Positions 13,401 through 26,619 of a stretch of DNA of 64,000 nucleotides are shown here, one piece after another; the stretch's first letter is position 1; every line of letters begins with the position of its first letter. Position numbers and translations under genes: made by a program. Below the pieces are notes generated by a model. It did no database searches and was not told where the DNA came from. It worked only from the letters and a program-made list of their open reading frames with translations. The stretch is from Eledone cirrhosa (Eukaryota): positions 189,100,001 through 189,164,000 of the forward strand of contig OZ024742.1 of NCBI GenBank assembly GCA_964016885.1, in the 5' to 3' direction.

Positions 13401-13805
13401 TTTCTATATTTTTAAACCAGTCAATTACTTCACTAGTGTCCTTCCATAAGCTCAGCTTTGACTTCAATTTCAATGTTGGTAAAATTCTATCAATAATATT
13501 TTTACTGATTACTCCAATGTCCGACTTAGAAGGAGCTATCAGTCTAACCGGCAAGTCTACTTCAAAGTTTCTCTTGTGATCCTTAAAATTTAACCTCGGC
13601 TGCCTTGGTATTAGGACGTACTGTTGAAATAGCTCAGTACCTCTGAAATATGTATAATAAAATATATTTGATCACATGAATGTCTATATTTATTAATATT
13701 TTAAAGTAATATTAATAACTCCAGAAAACCTAACTGCAGAGTGCTTTTAATCTATTGTGAAACTTTATTCATTGATTAATTCATTGAACCATGTCAAACT
13801 TTTAA
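10400..13805 (-). mobile_element. 5'-truncated Naiad-type PLE with an inverted copy of its 3' terminus at the 5' end
   Basis: RT motifs KDHK, VRLIAPSKSDIG, LWKDT..WF, FIQMD..YY, FDITMGSSD, GLYRDD, NFLD; EN motifs CNCRNRSNCPLQNNCL..VYKC..YI..FKLRFSNH..CNLC. 10400..10496 is the reverse complement of 13613..13709. Confidence 0.9.
11757..13610 (-). pseudogene. Disrupted Naiad-type RT + GIY-YIG ORF
   Basis: ORFs 13120..13554 and 11757..12851 are joined through a frameshift and a TGA after YRDDI. Confidence 0.85.
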
Positions 13806-13812
13806 TTATATA

Positions 13813-13892
<80 letters not shown>

Positions 13893-13896
<4 letters not shown>

Positions 13897-14250
13897 TTAA
13901 CAAGATAGCGTTTAAGGTAGTCCAAGTAGGGGTTATGAGAACTCTGTATCGAGGATAGTTTTAACGTTCGGCGTTCTTTGACTCAACCGGAAGTTTCCTT
14001 ATTCTGATGATTTGGTCGAGTATCAACTATAATCATAATCGAGTGACGTAGCTTCTGGCGATCAGCGATGTTTAGATACACTAGACTAATGAAACAATTA
14101 CACTAGAAGAGGAAGACCAAGGTTAACATATGTTGATGCCCTAAGGACAGACACTGGTCTGTTGGAGATGCAGGATATGGCAGCGATAATGAGGGACAGA
14201 GACCGCTGGAGAGAACTCCGTCCATGGATCTCGGGAATTTTACCCGCCTT

Positions 14251-14252
<2 letters not shown>
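13893..14252 (+). mobile_element. RTE-clade LINE 3' fragment
   Basis: About 14106..14220 reads RRGRPRLTYVDALRTDTGLLEMQDMAAIMRDRDRWREL, a typical RTE ORF C-terminus. Flanked by (TA)n. Confidence 0.7.
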
Positions 14253-14314
<62 letters not shown>

Positions 14315-14316
<2 letters not shown>

Positions 14317-14460
14317 TCATTAGTATTGGGCTGTTACTTTATTCATTGCCCTTGAAAGGATAGAAGGCAATGCTGGACTTGGCGGCATTTGAACTGAGAT
14401 TGATGTGAGCCTGAAGAAATACCGATGCATTTTTAATCCGGAGCCCTATAGATTCTTTAA
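14315..14460 (-). mobile_element. Diverged tRNA-derived SINE
   Basis: Similar to the SINE at 36915..37100 (tactttattc..aaggatagaaggcaa..ggcggcatttgaact). Confidence 0.6.
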
Positions 14461-14639
14461 ATTATACTCAAGCCTTTGTAAATATGTGTTATTACAGTAT
14501 GAACACCTGCATAGGTAAGTTACTTTGTCGGTATATGTAGGTGTATGTAGTTATATACATGTTATGATTGGACATGATTATTTACTACAAGAGTGTTTGA
14601 GTATATAATTAAATATGTAAAAGAACTAGATCTTTCCAA

Positions 14640-14770
<131 letters not shown>

Positions 14771-15094
14771 CCTCTCTCTCTCTCTCTCTTGAACTTACCT
14801 CGTCAGGTCTTGAGAGATTTTCTCAAGCAACACATCTCTCAGCTCGTCATTTTACATTCTAGAGGTTTAGTGAGGGTCTAGCTTTGTGACCAGTAGGAAT
14901 AAATATTATGTTAATCAGATTAACTATAATTTTCATTGGGACGTTACGTTGTTTTAAGAGTCGAGCAATCCGTTAGCTGATGCTGTTGGCTTTCTGTATT
15001 TCTTACATAGCCACAACGCCCTGCATTTGCGCTGAAGATGTTTAGCAAATTATAATGACAAGTATTGTATACTGCACGGACGCTCTAACAAATT

Positions 15095-15340
15095 TGCCAC
15101 CAGTCCAACACAATTGAATATTAATGAAAAAAGGTTTCACATTTATACACATAACCAGCAATTTGAGGGGTGGAGAAAGACGATAAAATCGACACCAATA
15201 TTTGTACTTTATTTTATCGAACCAAGGATGATGAAAGGTAACTTTGGCTGCAGTGACCCACACTATGTAAACAGCCCTAATTATTTACTACAACTTATTT
15301 TGTCCGACGCTCTACCTATTCAGCCAGCCCCACAACCTTG
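15095..15340 (-). mobile_element. Diverged tRNA-derived SINE
   Basis: gtactttattttatcga..aggatgatgaaaggtaactttggc core; A-box-like ggctgaataggtagag on the minus strand. Confidence 0.55.
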
Positions 15341-15502
15341 AATAGTATTAATGATTGTTTCAATAATCTTACAAAGTATTTATTGTTATTCTTTATTTGG
15401 TGGCGGCCATTAAATGAAGTGCCGATACTTTCAGGTGTGTATCACCATGGTATTTGAAACAGACATTACCGTTGATAACGAAGTTATTCAGCTACGCTAA
15501 TA

Positions 15503-15810
15503 ATTATTTCTACTTTTGGCACAAGGCCAGCAATTACCCAGTGCATTACTGGTACTTTATTTTATCGACCCCGTAAGGATGAAAGGCAAAGTCAACCTCG
15601 GCGGGATTTGAACTCAGATCGTAAAGGGACGTAACTATGCTGGAAAGCATGGCGTCCGACCCTCTACCGATACTGCCATTTCTACTTTTGGCACAAAGGC
15701 AGCAATTATCCCAGTGCATTACTGGTACTTTATTATATCGATCCCGTAAGGAAAAAAGCAAAGTTAACCTCAGCAAGATTTGAACTTAGACCGTAAAGGG
15801 ACGTAACTGA
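15503..15810 (-). mobile_element. tRNA-derived SINE, near-full copy plus adjacent 5'-truncated tandem copy
   Basis: 15503..15678 matches the reverse complement of 36915..37100; 15679..15810 repeats its 3' part. Confidence 0.85.
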
Positions 15811-16857
15811 GTTCAAATCATGCCGAGGTTACCTTTGCCTTTCATATTAATAATTGTTTCTAAGCTAATATAGATCAGTAAATAAGGTTTCTCTTTAAAT
15901 ATTTTAATGGGAGATTTGCTGTTAGTATTAATCTTCATTGTTTCTCTGGTGATATTGATTAAATTGCTTTCAAATGCTATTGGGTAACATATACACACAT
16001 ACAAGTACTCATACTCTCTCTCTCCTCCTCTCTCTCTCTCTCTCTCTCTCACTCACACACTCATGCACTTACCCTCTCTCTCTCTCTCTCTGTCACACAC
16101 ACACTCATGCACCCTCCCCTTCTTTCTCTCTCTCTCTCTGTCACACACACACTCATGCACCCTCCCCCCCCTCTCTCTCTCCCCATCTTACACGTACACA
16201 CATACACACATACACAATCACAGAAATTTACACACGCATGCACACACACACACAGACGGACACTTACACATACTGAGTCATGCACACATACACACGCACA
16301 CACACACATAAACACAGACAAAGACAGAGAGACAGACAGACAGACACACACACACACACACTTACACATATACATACACACACATACACACACACAAACA
16401 CACATAAAGACAGAAGGAATGAGAGACAGACATACGCAACATTATAAACTTTACATAATTAGGTCACCCATATTAGTGTTTGTGTGTATATGCACATTTG
16501 TGTGTATATGTATGTGTATATCTGTGTGCATATATCTATATATATGTAATTTTGAGTGAATGCGTGTGATGTTCGCTTATGCCAGAGGTACTTTTAAAAC
16601 GAGTGTTCAGATCTGGCTTTCATAGCTTAATGTGAATGAGAAGTAAATATCCTCCTGGACAAATGCCAGTCTATTTATGCTACTACTTTCAATAGATTTC
16701 ATACGATACCTATTTCAAACTCGGAGCCACTAATAAATATCGAATTAAGTTTACAGTTAAGGTAAACAACGATACGCCAGCTACATCGAAATAGATATAA
16801 GAAGCTGTATTCTAACACCATATCCATTCCAATCAAATCAACTTACACACATATTGG

Positions 16858-17241
<384 letters not shown>

Positions 17242-17401
17242 ATAAAAGTAAGATGTATGGTAGGTCGTATGTGAATCGCGATGATCACGTCTGACCTACC
17301 AAATATGTGACGGTAGCTAGTTAAGCTCTATGCGTATACGCAGAGCAGAAATATTAGTGAAAAAGAACAAAGGAACTATTATGACATTATAACAAGTTTA
17401 T

Positions 17402-17448
17402 TGCCGACAGCCGTTTCGTCCGACCACATGGTGGGACTTTTCAAGGCA
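17402..17448 (-). ncRNA. Type I hammerhead ribozyme, U3-A8 core variant (inverted copy)
   Basis: Exact reverse complement of 23809..23855. Confidence 0.8.
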
Positions 17449-19143
17449 TATAACATGTGATTGTAAGATCATTATTTACATCACCGTATCACTTAAGGCT
17501 AGCAGTTTGAAATTGTGGTATACATCAGCAACTCCGCTTGTATAGTTGGGGTCTATATTCTAAGGGGGCTCCTTTATATCAGTTGTCGGGGTCAGGGATT
17601 GAAGTTTAAAAATTAGATAATATATAATTTACGCATTAACAGTAAACTAAAAGACTTGGGGTCCCGTAGAAGCACCTTAGAAAATCCCTCAATAAGTGCA
17701 TAAAGCTTACAGGTTCCAATAAACCTACTAGACTAGAAAAAATTAAGAGGCTAATAAAATAAATAATAAAAATATAAAGTTTCCCTAAAAAATATATAAA
17801 GTTTCCTATGAAATTCCTTCTAGAGAAAAAAATTTTTTTTCCCAATAGAAAAAAACCTTCTTCCCCCGAGATCACGTTTACAAATTTCAGAAAACTTACG
17901 AAGTTTTGATGTTCCCTTCTAAGTTGAAAGAAACTAATCAATTAAAGGTTAATTCAAAGAGCCTTCTATAATTCTCTCAGAAAAGGCCCCCTTAATATTT
18001 TTAATAGGAACTTCTTCCGAGAGACCCTTCGAAGAATTAAAATTTTAGAGAGCCTTTAAGGATATATATAAAAACGAATTGAGGAATATTATACATTAAA
18101 AGTTAAAAATTACGGTATTTGGGATATCCGAGGAATTTTCAAAGGGCTGCTTCAACAGATACAACTTAGGCATAATAGATACAATAATTTTAGTAATTTC
18201 AGTAATTTAATTAGGGAGCAATTCAAGGAGTTTATCAAGTTGGGCAAGATTAAAGAAAGTGGTAAATAAGAAAATACATAAGTAAAAAGACAATAATTAT
18301 AAAATCTATTTTTAAGAAGGTATAAGGTCGCTTCAGTAATCTAACAATATATTATCACAAAAAAATATTATAAAATTATTGATACAGGATTAACAAAGGC
18401 ATAATAATATATATTCCTGCCTAATTAAGGTATAAGGTAGCTTCAGTAATCTAACAATGTATTATCACAAAAAAATTATTATAAAATTATTGATACAGGA
18501 TTAACAAAGACATAATAATATATATTCCTGCCTAATTAACAAGTAATCAAAACACTCTTAACAGTCAGGCGGAATTAGCTCAGGGATATCCCGCGCTCGG
18601 ATACTTTACACACACACAGCAACACATAGGATTAGCACAGACACAATGGTATATTGCTGCCTAATTAACAAGCAATCGATTAACAATTGATGGTCAAGAA
18701 AATGTACTCAGGGATATCCCGCGCACGGATATTTACATACATACAACAGGATGAACAGTACTGGTGACCGTGTGGGCGCGATATCCATTATGCGTATGTA
18801 GTCATCTGCATAGCTCCAGGCACAGCTGGTCTTGTTTAAAGGTTCATGGATCAACTGGGATTCACTATCAGCTGCGTGGACTCTCTGGGAGATGTACCTG
18901 TGGATCTAATAGCCAGTGGTTGCTGGATGTGGTCCGTTCGATCTTTTAGTTTCAGGGACTGTACGCTTTCGCGATAGACCAGCCTGCCGGTTCTAAGTCC
19001 AAGGTCTCGCTACGTAGGATGTATTGGTCTACATGCTATATTGTTAAAAAAACCAGTGTGGATTTGACTGGGGTGGTATATTACGAACTCCAAGCCCACA
19101 CGCGACTGGTCAAAAGCGAAGGGCTGTCCCCTCTGTCAGGTAG

Positions 19144-21135
19144 CCCCTCTGTCAGGCTCATTAGCCCCTCTAAATCTGACATAGGGATTATAAGCAAAAA
19201 AATACTAGATGAAGTCATACCAACAGAATTAGCCTGGACCTATGGGGAAACACTGCAGAAGTGATAAAGTGGTTCTCAAGCATTAGCAACCACAAATCAC
19301 TACGCTTCATCCAGTTCCATATAGACTCCTACTATACGTCTAAATCCCCCATACTACTAAATAAGGCGCTCATGATGGCAATGCGGACGGGCGGACTCGC
19401 TAGATCCCAGATTGACATAGTCCTTGCCGCTCGTAAAACAATTATCACATTTGAGGATGAATTGTGGACGCGCAAGAACACTCGTAACAATTTCGACATC
19501 ACTATGGGGTCTAGCGACTCAGCGCAGGTGACAGACCTCGTCGGATTGTACTTGCTCAAGGAGCTCAACGAGCAGCTCCCACACCTCAGAGGTGGGCTAT
19601 ACCGTGACGACGCATTGCTTACTGTGGACTTTAAACGGCACAACCTAGAAAGAACTAGAAAGGACCTTTATAAATTCTTCAAGAATTTTAACCTATAAAT
19701 AACTATGGATAGAAATAGTAAGGTAGTCAACTTTCTAGATGCCACACTAGACCTAGATAAGTTAGAATATGCACCGTACCATAAACCTAACGAAAGACTG
19801 ACATACGTCAATGCCAGCTCCAACCACCCAAGCTCAGTCCTCAAAGCAATAGTTAAAGGAGTATCTAGTAGGATTAGCGGACTATCTAGCAGCGTGACCG
19901 CATTTGAAGCGAACGCGGAATATTACAACAAGGCGCTAGCTGGGTCAGGGCACAAAGATAAACTCCATTATGTTGAGACAGGCGGCACCACCCCGCCACC
20001 CCAACCCAGCACTGTAATCACGCACAATATGTCCATGGGAGTTGGAAGGAGAGCTAGAAAGACGAATAGGGACAATAGGAAGTTAGATAAGAACAACAAC
20101 ACTCGCAACGCAGACACGGATAGGGCCCACACGCCTGGTAAGCGCTATGCCGCCCCGAGCAAGTCCAACAGTGAAAACGGGGGACAGAGACCTAGGAGAC
20201 TCGAGACCAACGCACATACCACTCGGAGCACAGCAACCACACCTGGTAGAACCCGTAATAATATAGACGAAGAGAGGGTAAGCAGCATAGGGGATAGGAA
20301 ACGCAGTGGAAGGAATAGAAGACGTGATAGTACCTTCTTTAACCCGCCCTTCAACTCTAATGTTACTACAGACCTCCCCAAATCTTTTTTCTCTTTAATA
20401 GATAAGAACTTCCCCCCGGGTAGTAGGTACGGTAGTGTCATCAATAAGAATACTATCAAGCTATCGTACTCTACAACCCCTAATCTGGCCTCACACCTAG
20501 CTAAGACCAATAAGAGTAAGATTAAAGAGGGACTTAAGGCCATCCGAAATAGTGAACCACGCCAGTACACACGACAACACGGGACCAACCCACCGAGTGA
20601 AAATCCCAGGGGGTTAATAGGCAATAGAACCGGTCCCACTAGGCAGCCCCGCGGCCGTTTGGAGGGACATGCACCCCTGATTGAGGAGCATGACCCTACT
20701 AAAAAGTGTAACTGCAGAAGGAAGGACAAATGCCCACTAGCTGGACACTGCCTTATTAGGAACGTGGTATATGCTTGTAACGTAACCACAGGCACGTATA
20801 CTAAGACGTATGTGGGATCAACCGCTAACGAGTTCAAGACGAGGTTCAACGCCCACCAGCATAGCTTCCGGTATGAGAAGCTTAAAAATACCACGTCGTT
20901 AGCGGGGCATATACATAGCTTAAAACAAACAAAAAACCCCTACACACTAAGCTGGAGATGCCTTACTAAAGCTCCTCCATATAGCTCGTTGAGCAGGTGT
21001 TGTAGCCTGTGCCTATCTGAATCTCATGCCATAGTATTCTCAGGACTCAACTTGCTCAACAGGAGATCAGAAATCTTCTCGTCCTGCCCCCATACCATAC
21101 TTAGCTCTTTCTTTTTCTTCAGACCAGACACATAG
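19144..21135 (+). pseudogene. Naiad-type RT + GIY-YIG ORF (5'-truncated, frameshift near 19230, in-frame TAA at 19696)
   Basis: ORFs 19261..19698 and 19705..21135 are in the same frame; motifs as above. Confidence 0.88.
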
Positions 21136-22345
21136 CCCTGACACCACCCAGTCCTGCACTTGGCGGCCCCGCTGGCGAACAGGGTGCTCTTTAGTAACCC
21201 CGGCCTCATGGATGCCTCGGCTCCCCGATTGGCGATGGGGACTCTGGTGAGGAACAGACGACCCTGTGTCCCACTTGCCAACCTGGGATTGGTGGCAACA
21301 TTGGTGCTGGGCACCTTGAGGGCAGATGATGCCTGCGATGTAGGACATTGTGAGTGCCTGGAACCACGTTGACTAATCTGGGAAGGTGCCGTCGGAGATG
21401 TATGTCAACAAACTCGAGAACAGGCCCAGGGAAACAGTAACAAAACACCCAATATGGCGGCCGCTCCCTGCCTATAGCCACTCACCCCCCACCCCCTCCC
21501 TTAGTAAACCCCCGCCCAAATAGATGCCCCTCCCCATTCTTTTGAGTTGGTTCTTTATTATCAGTGATTAGTTCTTTACTAATAGGAATTTTTTGTATTT
21601 CACCACAGTCGACTTAATGGGCTTGGCGAGTTGACTCCCTTGAAGTCTGACCACTCGATAAGTTAGGGGTTGTGCCCCTTGAACAGGGGTGTGTATAGCT
21701 GGTCTGCCTGCTGTCTGCTACTACCCGAGACTGGACACGGTCGTAGCCACAGGCCAGCGAGTGCGCGATAGCATAGAATGTATATTTTCAGCTCGTCACC
21801 CCGTGTAATACGATACCCTAAGATTCCATGCATGAGATTCACCGAAGCATGCGCAGTCTTAACCGGGAGATGACATGCGAACTTGAAAATACCACAAGCG
21901 AGACCCTCTGGATAACGTAGACGCCGGACCATACCCGGAAATATATACTCTGATCTGTCTTGAATATACAGGGCTGACGGAATATGGATAACACGACCAC
22001 CATCTAAGCTGAGACCGACCCATACAGCAAACAAACAGGAGACAGCCCTTCGCTTTTGACCAGTCGCGTGTGGGCTTGGAGTTCGTAATATACCACCCCA
22101 GTCAAATCCACACTGGTTTTTTTAACAATATAGCATGTAGACCAATACATCCTACGTAGCGAGACCTTGGACTTAGAACCGGCAGGCTGGTCTATCGCGA
22201 AAGCTTACAGCACCTGAAACTAAAAGATCGAACGGACCACATCCAGCAACCACTGGCTATTAGATCCACAGGTACATCTCCCAGAGAGTCCACGCAGCTG
22301 ATAGTGAATCCCAGTTGATCCATGAACCTTTAAACAAGACCAGCT

Positions 22346-22478
22346 GTGCCTGGAGCTATGCAGATGACTACATACGCATAATGGATATCGTGCCTGGAGC
22401 TATGCAGATGACTACATACGCATAATGGATATCGTGCCTGGAGCTATGCAGATGACTACATACGCATAATGGATATCG
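22346..22478 (+). repeat. 44 bp tandem repeat x3 in PLE tail
   Basis: gtgcctggagctatgcagatgactacatacgcataatggatatc at 22346, 22390 and 22434; single copy in the inverted arm. Confidence 0.9.
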
Positions 22479-23808
22479 CGCCCACACGGTCACCAGTACT
22501 GTTCATCCTGTTGTATGTATGTAAATATCCGTGCGCGGGATATCCCTGAGTACATTTTCTTGACCATCAATTGTTAATCGATTGCTTGTTAATTAGGCAG
22601 CAATATACCATTGTGTCTGTGCTAATCCTATGTGTTGCTGTGTGTGTGTAAAGTATCCGAGCGCGGGATATCCCTGAGCTAATTCCGCCTGACTGTTAAG
22701 AGTGTTTTGATTACTTGTTAATTAGGCAGGAATATATATTATTATGTCTTTGTTAATCCTGTATCAATAATTTTATAATAATTTTTTTTTGTGATAATAC
22801 ATTGTTAGATTACATAAGCTACCTTATACCTTAATTAGGCAGGAATATATATTATTATACCTTTGTTAATCCTGTATCAATAATTTTATAATAATATTTT
22901 GTGATAATACATTGTTAGATTACTGAAGCTACCTTATACCTTCTTAAAAATACATTTTATAATTATTGCCTTTTTACTTATGTATTTTCTTATTTACCAC
23001 TTTCTTTAATCTTGCCGAACTTGACAAACTCCTTGAATTGCTCCCTAATTAAATTACTGAAATTACTAAAATTATTGTATCTATTATGCCTAAGTTGTAT
23101 CTGTTGAAGCAGCCCTTTGAAAATTCCTCGGATATCCCAAATACCGTAATTTTTAACTTTTAATGTATAATTTTCCTCAATTCGTTTTTATATATATCCT
23201 TAAAGGCTCTCTAAAATTTTAATTCTTCGAAGGGTCTCTCGGAAGAAGTTCCTATTAAAAATTATTAAGGGTGCCTTTTCTGAGAGAATTATAGAAGGCT
23301 CTTTGAATTAACCTTTAATTGATTAGTTTCTTTCAACTTAGAAGGGAACATCAAAACTTCGTAAGTTTTCTGAAATTTGTAAACGTGATCTCGGGGGAAG
23401 GTTTTTTTCTATTGGGAAAAAATTTTTTTTTCTCTAGAAGGAATTTCATAGGAAACTTTATATATTTTTTAGGGAAACTTTATATTTTTATTTTTTATTT
23501 TATTAGCCTCTTAATTTCTTCTAGTCTAGTAGGTTTATTGGAACCTGTAAGCTTTATGCACTTATTGAGGGATTTTCTAAGGTGCTTCTACGGGACCCCA
23601 AGTCTTTTAGCTTACTGTTAATGCGTAAATTATATATTATCTAATTTTTAAACTTCAATCCCTGACCCCGACAACTGATATAAAGGAGCCCCCTTAGAAT
23701 ATAGACCCCAACTATACAAGCGGAGTTGCTGATGTATACCACAATTTCAAACTGCTAGCATTAAGTGATACGTTGATGTAAATAATGATCTTACAATCAC
23801 ATGTTATA

Positions 23809-23855
23809 TGCCTTGAAAAGTCCCACCATGTGGTCGGACGAAACGGCTGTCGGCA
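23809..23855 (+). ncRNA. Type I hammerhead ribozyme, U3-A8 core variant
   Basis: tgcc-TTGAAAA-gtcc..ggac-GAAAC-ggct-GTC-ggca, overlapping an AATAAA immediately downstream. Confidence 0.8.
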
Positions 23856-23909
23856 ATAAACTTGTTATAATGTCATAATAGTTCCTTTGTTCTTTTTCAC
23901 TAATATATT

Positions 23910-24017
<108 letters not shown>

Positions 24018-24037
24018 AGTGCGTGTATGTACATATT

Positions 24038-24076
<39 letters not shown>

Positions 24077-24085
24077 ATGTATATG

Positions 24086-24118
<33 letters not shown>

Positions 24119-24181
24119 TAGCGAGAGAAAGAGTTTTACTTTCTTTATAGTGTCTTTGTATATGGCCACCCAATACACACG

Positions 24182-24215
<34 letters not shown>

Positions 24216-24218
<3 letters not shown>

Positions 24219-24554
24219 TAATAAGAGGAATTCCAACTTTGTCTGATTTACTCGTTTTATTTACAATCCTTTAAAATTTATAATGGTATTATAATGAAAG
24301 AGTATGGTAGAATATTAAATGTTAAGTGTTAATTGAACAAGTACAATTTTCAACTGACAGTTGAAAATTGCAAACTTGACTGCCACCACACATTATGAAT
24401 CCGAAGATTGCGAAAGCATGAAAGTACTTGTTCAATTAACACTTAACATTTAATATTCTAGCATACTATTTCATTATAATACCATTATAAATTTTAAAGG
24501 ATTGTAAATAAAACGAGTAAATCAGACAAAGTTGGAATTCCTCTTATTAATATA
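24216..24554. mobile_element. Miniature fold-back PLE-terminus insertion (arms about 130 bp)
   Basis: 24216..24344 is the reverse complement of 24424..24552; an HHR spans the spacer and right arm; (TA)n flank. Confidence 0.75.
24396..24434 (+). ncRNA. Type I hammerhead ribozyme, CCGAAGA core variant
   Basis: tgaat-CCGAAGA-ttgc gaaa gcat-GAAA-gtac-TT-gttca. Confidence 0.65.
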
Positions 24555-24608
24555 ATCTTCTATACACAATCATACACACCCGTGTATATTTATCTATCTA
24601 TCTATCTA

Positions 24609-24694
<86 letters not shown>

Positions 24695-25180
24695 AGTAAA
24701 TAATCGAGAATCAGAATTTCGGTCCACGAAATAACGATAAACAATCTTCAACATGTGTGGCAGAGGGCTCAATAGTTTGGATAAACCAGAGCTATAACTG
24801 TCGTTAAATTACCAACACATAGAGACGATGCCTAAAATCATTCGCACAGCGAAAAAAACGACCAGGAAAATTCGGGTCACTCAAATAATATATTAATAAA
24901 TTAATAAATTAAATGAATGTAAAAAACTCACCCGGACCCGCTAGAAGGATGTTAAATTCTAGCTTTTGGGGTTTCTGCAGTTCCTTAATCAATTACTGTC
25001 AGCCCACATAAAAAATATATCTGACTTCTAGTAAAGAGACGAACGAGGAAACTGCTTTCTCAGCGGATGTTTCGTTCAAAAATACAGGGGGACCCGTTAC
25101 TGAACGCACGTGTAGTCCAGCAAGGGAGGGAACCCCTATATTTGGCGAAAGAATTCAGTAAAGTGTAAATTTTTGTAAGA

Positions 25181-25212
<32 letters not shown>

Positions 25213-25274
25213 CTGTGTGTGTCTGTATATACATCCATTACAAAACTTTGGGATATGTTTGCTCGATCTATATA

Positions 25275-25363
<89 letters not shown>

Positions 25364-25405
25364 CCAGGAAGTGTAACGCGGAGTTACTGTCATTGTCACC
25401 AAAGA

Positions 25406-25490
25406 GGTCCGACGAGCCATTGATTACAGAGTCGAGCTAGATCGATACAGATCGAACCTTGAGCTGATCAATAGCGAAACGCGTGTCACT
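25406..25490 (+). ncRNA. Hammerhead-like motif, CCGACGA core, long stem II
   Basis: ggt-CCGACGA-gccattgatta..tgatcaatagc-GAAAC-gcgt-GTC-act, then AATAAA. Stem I is only 3 bp. An internally deleted relative lies at about 58345..58420 (-). Confidence 0.55.
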
Positions 25491-25639
25491 AACCAATAAA
25501 CGTAATGAAGATGTAACCACTCGTCGTTGTTTTATTTTATTATATGCTAGAAGAATGGCCTGGCGTCGCTCGGGATTTGCTCTAGGGTTCTTTTATATTT
25601 GATATATACTTATCCTTATCGAACTTCGTGAAATAAATA

Positions 25640-25811
25640 CATTTGTTTATATTTTGTTATTGGGTATGCAAAAATATCTGTACACGAATATATAATTATA
25701 TACCAGCGATTCTTTGCTTAAACTTTAATTTGTTATTTTAATATAGATATTTGTGTACAGATATTTTTGCATGCACAAAAACAATATATAAACAAACAAG
25801 GCCAACGATTA

Positions 25812-25815
<4 letters not shown>
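25640..25815. repeat. Fold-back fragment of a TA-associated dispersed repeat family
   Basis: tttgtttatattttg..tgcaaaaatatctgtacac and its reverse complement; same family as 26760..27370, 41283..41440 and 60935..61450. Confidence 0.65.
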
Positions 25816-25861
<46 letters not shown>

Positions 25862-26050
25862 TTAAGGATACTATTTATGGTTATGTATATAATAAAACCT
25901 TATATAGTTATATATATTTTAAACCCTAAATAGTGAAAGACAGTAATTCATTACTATCTTATTACCAGTAAGATAAATAGCTCAATGTAATAACATCAGT
26001 TGTTTTACAGAGCAGTTATATAGAAATGACATGAATCAAAGTTCATTTAT

Positions 26051-26099
26051 TTGCTTACAATTGTTTCCTCCAAACCGAGGTTTGGATTCTTCGGAGCAA
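26051..26099 (-). ncRNA. Type I hammerhead ribozyme, CCGAAGA variant (inverted copy)
   Basis: Reverse complement of 26620..26668. Confidence 0.8.
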
Positions 26100-26204
26100 C
26101 TATTTAGTGATTTTTACATACTTGACCTCCTTTTCAACACAAGAGACATATAAAAACATATGTATATATTGACCCACAGTGGGTTGACATCCATCATAAT
26201 AATA

Positions 26205-26323
26205 TAATAATTGTTTCTTCTTTAGGCACAAGGCCAGCAATTACCCAGTGCATTACTGGTACTTTATTTTATAGACCCCGTAAGGATGAAAGGCAAAGTC
26301 AACCTCGGCGGGATTTGAACTCA
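26205..26323 (-). mobile_element. 5'-truncated tRNA-derived SINE
   Basis: Matches the B-box-to-tail part of 36915..37100; flanked by cataataatataataat direct repeats (TSD-like). Confidence 0.85.
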
Positions 26324-26619
26324 TAATAATATAATAATATGGCAATTTACATACATTCATATTAAAGGACAAAATTAAAGTTAAAATTAAAATTAAAATA
26401 AATAAAAATAAAAATAAAACATTGGCAGTTTAGGAAGATAAAGCAAGAGGAAAGTTTAGAGTAGTCAGTGTACGAAACAGTCTCACGTGTGGCATGCACG
26501 CGTGTCTTATTTATACAGTATTATAGTGCGGCAGATTGATACATGTAAAACAAGCAGTTAAAGCAGGCAATCAATAGCATCATGGGGTCTGTAAAAAGTA
26601 TGTAAAAATCACTAAATAG

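Larger units (their letters stand above)
17242..23908 (+). mobile_element. Naiad-type PLE: inverted 1.8 kb copy of the 3' tail + 5'-truncated RT-EN + 2.8 kb 3' tail
   Basis: 17349..19128 is the reverse complement of 22041..23906. Coding part 19129..21135 has VRLISPSKSDIG, FIQFHIDSYY, FDITMGSSD, GLYRDD, FNPPF, CNCRRKDKCPLAGHCL, VYAC, YVGST, CSLC. (TA)n on both flanks. Confidence 0.92.

Noticed and set aside
22346-22478. CRISPR-like short repeats
   Set aside because: Direct tandem 44-mers with no spacers, no cas genes, eukaryotic context.
17636-23621. Paired 100 aa ORFs (17636..17941 -, 23319..23621 +)
   Set aside because: Non-ATG start, AT-rich compositional ORF duplicated only because it lies in the inverted arm.
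17349-23906. DNA transposon with 1.8 kb terminal inverted repeats
   Set aside because: The interior is a 5'-truncated PLE RT-EN, the arms are its 3' tail with an HHR, and there is no transposase.
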